Origin: Spirochaetia bacterium
Lineage (GTDB): Bacteria; Spirochaetota; Spirochaetia; CADAEX01
Assembly: GCA_963662795.1 (NCBI GenBank)
Contig: OY759746.1
Span: 3,744,001 to 3,808,000, forward strand
Length of the DNA stretch: 64,000 nucleotides
Reading direction: 5' to 3'
Shown piece after piece: positions 40,001 to 46,768 of this stretch (its first letter is position 1; every line of letters starts with the position of its first letter). The notes beneath the pieces were generated by a model, which was not told the origin of the DNA, made no database searches, and saw only the letters and a list, made by a program, of their open reading frames with translations. A program made the position numbers and the translations under genes.

Positions 40001-40440
40001 TTTTTAAGATGAATAAAAAATGAGGTAAGAAATTCTTTTTCCGGCAGATGCGTGAGAAAAGCCTTCTGAGACATGGATACAGCTGTTTTTTTCCCGGACA
40101 TAATTCTGCTTAAAGCGCTTACCCTTGACCCTGAAACATAAGCTGAAGGGTTGTCGCCGCTGTAGGGAATGGTTTCCCAGGAAGGGAAAAAGAGCATTTC
40201 ATCTTCAAACAGGTTATAATCGCTGCAGAAATCTCTGGCTTCCCTGTCTGTCGGAAAAACAAACAGAAACGGGGCTTTTGAATATTTAAGCAGCTCATGA
40301 GTAAGGCATGCCAGTACAACACCGCGCAAACCCCCTAAAAAGAGGGGAAACTGACGCTCTGTAAAGTATTTAAGGAGCTCTTTATACTCTTTTGTCTTTG
40401 TAAGACTATCCAATGTTTTATTTAAGAATAATGTTATCAT
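37036..40440 (-). CDS. mfd: Transcription-repair coupling factor
   Basis: UvrB-like N-terminus, GDFVVH..YGIG RID, CGDVGYGKTEVA, DEEQRFGV, QLRGRVGRS and DLEVRGAGNLLG. Confidence 0.98.
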   Translation of the reverse strand: MITLFLNKTLDSLTKTKEYKELLKYFTERQFPLFLGGLRGVVLACLTHELLKYSKAPFLFVFPTDREARDFCSDYNLFEDEMLFFPSWETIPYSGDNPSAYVSGSRVSALSRIMSGKKTAVSMSQKAFLTHLPEKEFLTSFFIHLKKGKSINSTDIGNKLEQAGYLRVPRVSIHGEFALRGEVLDIFMPGTEDAVRIVFGFDEIENIKYFDPVGQQSTGQTDEIIIYPNREIIWTDNAIKSAYDRGIITDDEKAELLEFRRLPGEEYLFPGTFKNQSLITDYIGDEGTVFLAESELLYSNSDVITRELKELYRGRKIKNIPDSIAPDNLYAEYSTLVGKIKRKVLLPVLGSSDRKKDAARDASKFIRFAYESGRSFFGNFNYLKDELGKLIDSGYTVFIFSSSESQRTRIENVLKDMDVIVVTASVSSGFVLPMQKIIAIHENEIFGRKKRVPSSIKKTKSQPIDSFVELNPGDFVVHVSYGIGKYLGIDRIKAANTERDYIQIEYADEENIFIPIEQVNLIQRYIGSEGGAPRLDRLGGKSWETRKNKVKKAAEEIAHKLIEIYSRRKHARGYAFQRDTDWQNEFEASFPFEETEDQLTSIEEIKNDMESPSPMDRLLCGDVGYGKTEVAMRAAFKAASGGKQVAYLAPTTILVEQHYDNFKERFANYPINIGMLSRFVTKHDQKETVKKISSGEVDIVIGTHRMLQKDINFKNLGLMIIDEEQRFGVKAKERMKDMKSSVDCLTLSATPIPRTLHMSLLKIRDMSVLKTPPHNRRPIETFVQEFSEEAVVNAIRREVERGGQVYYLHNRIESLESIKLFLQKLMPEILVETAHGRLNPLEIEDVMKRFVHHGIHVLVSTTIIENGIDIPNVNTIIIDRADMYGISQLYQLRGRVGRSDRLAYAYLLYPEQRALSELAMKRLQIISDNTELGSGFKIALKDLEVRGAGNLLGREQSGEIASVGFDMYLRLIDEAVRELDKKESGDEPPEVYLDLEYSGYIPDSYIRDQLEKMEIYKSIAAINSQEELDRLYSELEDRFGPLPDEVESLMSLAEIRIICRKLYISSMKERKGFLEIEFARVSMISADKVIILIREGKGKVRLDPYRPNILVLETDIIGLKEKSTFIREKLVRFL

Positions 40441-40480
40441 TTTTTTTTCCGAAAATTATAATAGTATCAGGAGTAATATT

Positions 40481-41443
40481 TTGAAAAAACATTCAGTATG
40501 CCTTTATTTTTTACTCTTACTGTTTTCCGCACCTCTTTTTGCGACTTCAGGGGATGTAAGTTGTTCCATCAGGTTTTTTAACAAAAAAATCTATTATGCA
40601 GGCGACAATGTTGAGCTGCGCGTTGAACTTTTCAATAACAGCGCTGATAATTTCTCATTTCAGACAACAGACCCCAAACATTTTAACACAAAAATCATAA
40701 TAAAAGACCTTACCGGACGTGAACTTAAGGACAGGTACAAATTTACCAGAGAGATTAACTCTGTTCAACATGTTTATTACAGGAATATGATAATTCAGCC
40801 GGGAGAAGTTTTCGCTTTTAATATATACCTTAACGACCTCGCCGATGTTGCAGAACCCGGTCTTTATTTTATTCAGCTTGAATTCTTTCCGGAATTATCA
40901 GATGGAGAGAATAAATCGATAAAATCAAATATAATTGATTTTTCCCTTAAGCCGAACCTCGGTGTAAGTGAAGTGCAAAAGATTATTGACTATGAAACAG
41001 GTGAAATACTCAGGAAAGAGAAGAAAGCTCCGGATGAGGTTGTTGAATATACGATAAAAGCGCTTCAAAAAAGCGAATTCGACAAATATTTTTTATATAT
41101 TGATCTTGAAAGCATAATGCTTAAATCCCAGGACAGAAGAGAAAGATATATAAGACTTCCTGATATGGAGCGGAAAAAACTGACAGATGAATACAGAATG
41201 ATGCTTGTTAAAAACCTTCAGGCTGATTACAGGACAGCGGATGCAGAAGCAATAATTTACCGCCCCTTTTATTACGAAATAATAAAAACATGGTATACTG
41301 ATAAAAATGCGGAAGTTATTGTAAAACAGAAATTTAAATATGAGCAGCTTACTGAAATCAAGGAATATACATATAAATTGAAAAAGGTTGACAGTATCTG
41401 GCTTATTTATGATTATATTGTAATCAACAAAGGTACGGAATGA
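40481..41443 (+). CDS. Exported hypothetical protein (Ig-like plus NTF2-like), divergent from mfd
   Basis: Signal peptide ending 'LFA'; long ORF with GGAG RBS, overlapping the next gene. Confidence 0.7.
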   Translation: MKKHSVCLYFLLLLFSAPLFATSGDVSCSIRFFNKKIYYAGDNVELRVELFNNSADNFSFQTTDPKHFNTKIIIKDLTGRELKDRYKFTREINSVQHVYYRNMIIQPGEVFAFNIYLNDLADVAEPGLYFIQLEFFPELSDGENKSIKSNIIDFSLKPNLGVSEVQKIIDYETGEILRKEKKAPDEVVEYTIKALQKSEFDKYFLYIDLESIMLKSQDRRERYIRLPDMERKKLTDEYRMMLVKNLQADYRTADAEAIIYRPFYYEIIKTWYTDKNAEVIVKQKFKYEQLTEIKEYTYKLKKVDSIWLIYDYIVINKGTE

Positions 41444-42165
41444 AGATTCTGGTAATAGCTGAAAAAGAAAAAACAACTGATATTATAAAAAAACATCTCC
41501 CCCCGCTTGGATTTGATTTTATTTTTTATTCAAATCCTGTAAAGGCGATGGATAATATTTCAGAAATCAAACCGGAACTTGTTCTCTTCAGCGCAGAAGA
41601 TTACCCGAGACACTGGAAAATATTCCTGAAAGTTCTGAGGGTTTTTTACTCACACGAAGAAAGTGTCTTCATACTTCTTAAAACATCATTTTTTTCAGAG
41701 GAAGATGCGGGAAAAGCCGCTTTTCTGGGTGTTAACGGCCTTATAGATGAAGATCTTGAGGAATATATGCTTGTCGACCGGCTTAAGGCAATTTTTTCGC
41801 GCTATCTTCTTCCAAGGGAATCAAGACGTTACAGACGGTATTTTGTATCCCCTTCCGACAAGGTTGATTTTATTTTCAATCATCCCGAAACCATGGAGCT
41901 TGCATCAGGCAAAGTAGTAGAAATATCTCCGCGCGGAACAACAATACTTATACCGGAAAAATTATCTTCCGCGCTAATAAAGGGAAGTAAAATCAACTAC
42001 TGCTCCGTAAAAATAAATGAACGTATCATTACAACAGACTGCACAGTCTACAGAAGCGAATTTTATACAACACTTTTATTTGATGATATAAGTGATGATG
42101 ATATAGATTTTCTTAAAAATTATTTCGATGAAAGGGCTGTAAGAGAACTTAAAAAAAATGCCTGA
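41440..42165 (+). CDS. Pseudo-receiver plus PilZ-domain protein
   Basis: REC-like N-terminus lacking the acidic pocket (ILVIAE, PELVLFS); C-terminal RRYRR and EISPRG. Confidence 0.75.
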   Translation: MKILVIAEKEKTTDIIKKHLPPLGFDFIFYSNPVKAMDNISEIKPELVLFSAEDYPRHWKIFLKVLRVFYSHEESVFILLKTSFFSEEDAGKAAFLGVNGLIDEDLEEYMLVDRLKAIFSRYLLPRESRRYRRYFVSPSDKVDFIFNHPETMELASGKVVEISPRGTTILIPEKLSSALIKGSKINYCSVKINERIITTDCTVYRSEFYTTLLFDDISDDDIDFLKNYFDERAVRELKKNA

Positions 42166-43192
42166 CACAGAGTACTGCAACAATTTTCCGGATCCGCTCT
42201 ATTTCAGCTCACTTAAAGAAAACAGCAAATCAATCCAGTGTAATCTTTGTCCCAACAACTGTATCATCGCGCCCGGGAAATTCGGAATCTGCGGGGTAAG
42301 GGGTAATTCCATCGAAGGGGGAAGAGGGATAATTCCATTCGCCGGTAAACTTTCAGCCCTTGCTGTCGACCCGATAGAGAAAAAACCACTCTACCATTTC
42401 TTTCCGGGCTCTAAAATTCTCTCTGCAGGATTTTACGGATGCAGCTTCAGATGCCCGTACTGCCAGAATCATTCAATTTCAACACGGACGGATTCTTCGG
42501 CTGAAACTGTCTCCCCGGAAGAAGCTGTTAAAATTACTGAAAAAACAGGGACTATAGGTCTTGCATATACATATTCCGAGCCTCTTGTCCATATTGAATG
42601 GGTAATGAAGACAGCCTCCCTTTTAAGAAAGAAAAATCTTAAAAATGTGCTTGTTACAAACGGGTATATAAACCCGGAAGCAGGAAAAGCTGTCCTTGAA
42701 AATATGGATGCTCTTAATATTGATCTTAAATCCTTCAATAAAGATTTTTACAGTTCAGAATTAAAGGGAAAACTTGACCCTGTGAAGGAATTCATAGGCC
42801 TTGCAGCAGCCGAAACACATGTTGAAGTTACTACCCTTGTAATTCCCGGAAAAAATGATACACGGCAGGAAATTGAGGATATTGCCCGCTTTCTCGCGTC
42901 TTTAAAAAAGAGTATCCCCCTTCACCTTTCCTGTTATTATCCTTCATATAGATATACAACTGAACCGACCAGACCTGAAACAGTTATCAGCCTTGCCGGG
43001 GCAGCTTCAAAATACCTTGATTATGTTTACCCCGGAAATATTGGAATGCTGGGTTCGGATACAAAATGTCCCTCATGCGGAGCGACAATTATAAGCCGAA
43101 GCGGACAATTCCTGCGGTCTGTTAAAGCAACAGGAATTGATAAAAAAAAGTGCATTAATTGCGGCCAAAAGCTTGAAATCATTACAGAGTGA
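42158..43192 (+). CDS. amrS: AmmeMemoRadiSam system radical SAM enzyme
   Basis: 'CNLCPNNC...G.CGVR', DPIEKKPLYHF, CSFRCPYCQNHSIS, YTYSEP and C-terminal CPSC/CINC. Confidence 0.92.
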   Translation: MPDTEYCNNFPDPLYFSSLKENSKSIQCNLCPNNCIIAPGKFGICGVRGNSIEGGRGIIPFAGKLSALAVDPIEKKPLYHFFPGSKILSAGFYGCSFRCPYCQNHSISTRTDSSAETVSPEEAVKITEKTGTIGLAYTYSEPLVHIEWVMKTASLLRKKNLKNVLVTNGYINPEAGKAVLENMDALNIDLKSFNKDFYSSELKGKLDPVKEFIGLAAAETHVEVTTLVIPGKNDTRQEIEDIARFLASLKKSIPLHLSCYYPSYRYTTEPTRPETVISLAGAASKYLDYVYPGNIGMLGSDTKCPSCGATIISRSGQFLRSVKATGIDKKKCINCGQKLEIITE

Positions 43193-43206
43193 TTTACCGA
43201 TAACAG

Positions 43207-43235
43207 TTGACAATATTTTTTTAATTTTGTATTGT
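43207..43235 (+). promoter_or_regulatory. Promoter of tRNA-Asn
   Basis: TTGACA, 17 nt spacer, TATTGT. Confidence 0.7.
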
Positions 43236-43253
43236 AAGTCATTATTTGAGCAT

Positions 43254-43326
43254 TCCTCTGTAGCTCAGTCGGTAGAGCGGGTGGCTGTTAACCACTAGGT
43301 CGGCAGTTCGAGTCTGTCCGGAGGAG
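43254..43326 (+). tRNA. tRNA-Asn (anticodon GTT), CCA not encoded
   Basis: TCCTCTGTAGCTCAGTCGGTAGAGCGGGTGGCTGTTAACCACTAGGTCGGCAGTTCGAGTCTGTCCGGAGGAG folds as a cloverleaf. Confidence 0.98.
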
Positions 43327-43327
43327 T

Positions 43328-43361
43328 AAAAAAAACCTTCCATTTTTTGGAGGGTTTTTTT
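43328..43361 (+). terminator. Terminator after tRNA-Asn
   Basis: A run, ccttcca-tttt-tggaggg stem, T run. Confidence 0.85.
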
Positions 43362-43368
43362 ATTTTTA

Positions 43369-43836
43369 ATGTATATAAAGTTTACGGCGGGGAATATGAA
43401 ACTCTTAATTTTTATGATGGCAGGGATTGCGGCAGGAATAACAACTACACTTCAGGGAGTAATTAATACAGGACTTGAAAGCAGAACCGGGTTTGCCGGT
43501 TCGGTATTTATAGTAACCTGGGTAAGCGCACTGGTTATGCTTGTTCTATTAATTATTTTTCCATCATATTCAAATTTCAAGGACCTTCCGGGGCTTAAGC
43601 AGTGGTATCTTTATGCCGGAGGGCTCTGCGGTATAATTATCATATCGACACCGGTATTTCTTATACCAAGGATTGGAGTTACACTTACAATAGTAACAAT
43701 GATTGCCGGACAGCTTCTGATTTCAACAATTATTGATCATTTCGGCCTGTTTAATTTTCCCGCCATCAGAATGAATTTTGCCAGGTTTTCAGGAATAATC
43801 CTTCTAATCGCAGGCGTTTTTCTTGTAAAAAAATAA
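43369..43836 (+). CDS. DMT-superfamily transporter (YdcZ/DUF606-like)
   Basis: Five TMs; 'LQGVINTGL', 'WYLYAGGLCG' and 'AGQLLISTIIDHFGLF'. Start probably at Met10. Confidence 0.88.
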   Translation: MYIKFTAGNMKLLIFMMAGIAAGITTTLQGVINTGLESRTGFAGSVFIVTWVSALVMLVLLIIFPSYSNFKDLPGLKQWYLYAGGLCGIIIISTPVFLIPRIGVTLTIVTMIAGQLLISTIIDHFGLFNFPAIRMNFARFSGIILLIAGVFLVKK

Positions 43837-44004
43837 TACTTATTATTTGTTTAGAATTAACATGATTTATCAATAAGAAAACAAAAATTCATCATTGATT
43901 TTACTTTTAATACTTGCGGGAATTCGAATTCAGGTTGTAAAATCAAAAGTACATATTTTATTAATCAACCAATATCAACTCCCTGTTTGTTATTGGCTGG
44001 ATTT

Positions 44005-44052
44005 AGAGGCCTCCCGGTGTGATTACCCATATCCCGGCCGGCCTCTTTTTTT
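44005..44052 (+). terminator. Intrinsic terminator
   Basis: agaggcc...ggcctct outer stem, ccgg/ccgg inner stem, T7 tail. Confidence 0.7.
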
Positions 44053-44242
44053 ATTTATATGCTTCACAATGACACACATGCCCCAGAGATTATTTTTTTT
44101 AATTTGTTTCATATTGACTCACTTGAAAGTTTAACTTATTAAAAATTGAGTTTCATTTACACAAAACTACAAACACTTAATATATGAGCTACATATCTCT
44201 TTATATTATAAGGATTTATAATTTATATTTTGCGGCATAATT

Positions 44243-44258
44243 TGGCATAATAATTGCT
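44243..44258 (+). promoter_or_regulatory. sigma54 (-24/-12) promoter for the hsp20 pair
   Basis: TGGCAT-AATAA-TTGCT with exact GG-N10-GC spacing, about 38 nt upstream of the ATG. Confidence 0.75.
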
Positions 44259-44295
44259 ATGATATTTATATAAAACATTCAAGGAGGACAAAACC

Positions 44296-44754
44296 ATGGC
44301 ACTTATTAAATGGAAAAACAAGGATCTTTATGATCCGTGGGATGATTTCAGGAATCTTCAGAATGAAATCAATGATTTGTTTAATACTGACAGAAGTCAA
44401 GGCTACACAGGTTTATTCGACAGGAATTTTTCTCCGGCGATTGATGTTATTGAAAGTGAAAATGATTATTCAGTTGTATGTGAGCTTCCAGGCATTGACA
44501 GGAAAGACATTGATCTGACACTTGCTTCAAATGTATTGACTATCAAGGGAAGCAAAAAAGACGATTCTGAAGAAAAAAACGGCAAATACTTTAAAAAAGA
44601 AACATGGACAGGCAGTTTCCAGAGAACACTGCCTCTTCCGGCAGCTGTTAACGCTGACATGATCTCAGCCGATCTTAAAGACGGCATACTAACTGTCAAA
44701 CTGCCGAAAAAGGAAGAAGCGAAACCAAGAAGTATTGAAGTTAAAATCAAGTAG
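44296..44754 (+). CDS. Hsp20/alpha-crystallin small heat-shock protein
   Basis: PAIDVIE, ELPGI, GSFQRTLPLP, DGILTVKLPK and C-terminal IEV; AGGAGG RBS. Confidence 0.96.
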   Translation: MALIKWKNKDLYDPWDDFRNLQNEINDLFNTDRSQGYTGLFDRNFSPAIDVIESENDYSVVCELPGIDRKDIDLTLASNVLTIKGSKKDDSEEKNGKYFKKETWTGSFQRTLPLPAAVNADMISADLKDGILTVKLPKKEEAKPRSIEVKIK

Positions 44755-44766
44755 GAGAGGTTTATT

Positions 44767-45120
44767 ATGAAAACTGAAAATTCAGAATACAGAAAACATT
44801 TTAAAGCCTGCTGTAATATCTTTGAAAAAAACGGGCAGGTATTTCTGGAACTTGAAATGCCCGGGGTTTCAAAAGAAAATCTGGAAATGAAAATTGAAAA
44901 TGATATACTTTATATTCATGGAAAAAAGACTGCAAATATTGAAAAAGGACATTTCCTGCTGAAAGAAGTGAGAGACGGAGATTTTTATCATGAATTCACT
45001 CTTGACAATACTATAGACAGGAACAAAATTGAAGCTATTCTTAGCAAAGGTGTTGCAACTATTGTAATGGGCATAAAAGAGTCGGAAAAACCCAGAAAAA
45101 TTGAAATAACCAGTAAATAA
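44767..45120 (+). CDS. Hsp20 family protein (second copy)
   Basis: LEMPGVSKENL, GDFYHEFTL, KGV and PRKIEI. Confidence 0.9.
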   Translation: MKTENSEYRKHFKACCNIFEKNGQVFLELEMPGVSKENLEMKIENDILYIHGKKTANIEKGHFLLKEVRDGDFYHEFTLDNTIDRNKIEAILSKGVATIVMGIKESEKPRKIEITSK

Positions 45121-45131
45121 CAAATCCTGCT

Positions 45132-45164
45132 TTACCGGAGATATTTTATTTCCGGTAATTTTTT
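45132..45164 (+). terminator. Terminator after the hsp20 operon
   Basis: ttaccggaga...tttccggtaa followed by a T run. Confidence 0.75.
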
Positions 45165-45181
45165 ATAAATAAAAATTTTAC

Positions 45182-46105
45182 GTGTCTGGAATATTATTGA
45201 TTAACAGTAAAATGGATATTAAACTCAAGGATAAAGCTTACAGGATATCCATCTTTTCAGGAGATTTAAAAATGAGAGAATCAGTACTTGCTTTCTGGCA
45301 GTCAAACTCTACAGTAATTCTAAGTGTCATTTATAAACTGGTTCTTACAATAATCACTCTGTTTGCAGGTAATACTTTTGTAAGGATAATTAAAAAAATT
45401 ATAAAGGGAACATATTCTTCAGTTAAAACATTTGATAAAACTCTGGCCCCGGTTATTTCTACTTTAGCAGCTTATTCAATATACGCTATATGTGCTGTAA
45501 TCATTCTTGACCTTTTCGGAGTTAATACGGCAAGCATAATAACTATTCTAGGTGCTGCAGGTATTGCTGTTGGACTTGCCCTTAAGGATACACTTGCCAA
45601 TATTGCTTCCGGCATAATGCTTCTCATTTTACGTCCTTTTAACAAGGGTGATTATATAGAATTCGGTTCAACATCAGGCACTGTCATTGAAATCGGGCTT
45701 TTTTCAACAATCCTTGAAACACCTGACGGATTATTTATTTCTGCTCCGAATACAAGCCTGTGGGGAGTCCCGTTAAAGAATTACACTAAAAATGGAAGAA
45801 GACGCCTCGATATTGTTATAGGTATATCATATTCGGATTCCATTGAGACAGCATATAATGTAATGAAGGAAATAAGTGAAAGCGAAAAAAGATTTCTACC
45901 GGACCCTGCCCCGCAGATTATGGTGCATTCCCTTTCAGACAGCGCGGTTAACATACAGCTGAGGGCATGGACAACAGCGGATGATTTCTGGAATGTAAAA
46001 TGGGAACAGAACAGGAACGTAAAGGAAAAGATTGAAGCAGCCGGCCTCACAATACCTTTTCCGCAGCAGGATGTTCATATAAAAAAACGGAGAATTAATG
46101 TATAA
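45182..46105 (+). CDS. mscS: Small-conductance mechanosensitive channel
   Basis: 'LGAAGIAVGLALKDTLANIASG.M.LILRPF..GD' and 'IPFPQQDVH'. True start probably at 'MRES' (45272). Confidence 0.92.
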   Translation: MSGILLINSKMDIKLKDKAYRISIFSGDLKMRESVLAFWQSNSTVILSVIYKLVLTIITLFAGNTFVRIIKKIIKGTYSSVKTFDKTLAPVISTLAAYSIYAICAVIILDLFGVNTASIITILGAAGIAVGLALKDTLANIASGIMLLILRPFNKGDYIEFGSTSGTVIEIGLFSTILETPDGLFISAPNTSLWGVPLKNYTKNGRRRLDIVIGISYSDSIETAYNVMKEISESEKRFLPDPAPQIMVHSLSDSAVNIQLRAWTTADDFWNVKWEQNRNVKEKIEAAGLTIPFPQQDVHIKKRRINV

Positions 46106-46192
46106 ATGCAACCCTCCGCTTTACTTCAAAACATCTGCCTTTTTTCAGCCATATGAATGCTTTACTTTTTTCTTTTCTAAACCGTCAGAAGG

Positions 46193-46594
46193 TCAGTCGC
46201 CCTGCCTGATAATCCCCCAAAGCCCGGCAAGAATTATCATCTGCAGAGACAGATCCTTCATCCAGACAAGAAAGCTGGGTTTCATAAAGTCGTCTAAAAA
46301 ATAAAGAACTGCAATATTAATCCCCCAAAGAACAAGGATAGCAAAACCTGCGAAAAACATTGACCTCTGGTGCATTGAAATAAAAAGCCCGAGGATAAGA
46401 ATTATTCCGGCTATAAGCTGGATAATGGCTATTGCCAGACCCCAGTAATTATTCTTCCCGAAGAGTTTTCCAACACCCCGCATAAACTGGTTTCCTGCGG
46501 AATTATATCCCGAAAGTATAATTACAGCAGATACTGCAAAAAATATACCGATAAAAAGCTGCAAAAAAAACATTCCAGAAATTCTGTTTCTCAT
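46193..46594 (-). CDS. Small integral membrane protein (about 4 TM)
   Basis: Hydrophobic ORF with GGAGG RBS. Confidence 0.75.
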   Translation of the reverse strand: MRNRISGMFFLQLFIGIFFAVSAVIILSGYNSAGNQFMRGVGKLFGKNNYWGLAIAIIQLIAGIILILGLFISMHQRSMFFAGFAILVLWGINIAVLYFLDDFMKPSFLVWMKDLSLQMIILAGLWGIIRQGD

Positions 46595-46768
46595 ATTTCC
46601 TCCAAATTTTTTAATAATATAATATCTGTGTAAAAATAAATATAGTCAATATTCCTGACATACCGCAAATACGGCAGACTGGTTTTTATTTGAATATTCA
46701 TGTTATAAAGAATTACAATGAAGAATAAAGGTATAAGAGCCGAAAATATATTCGGGGAAGTATAATAA

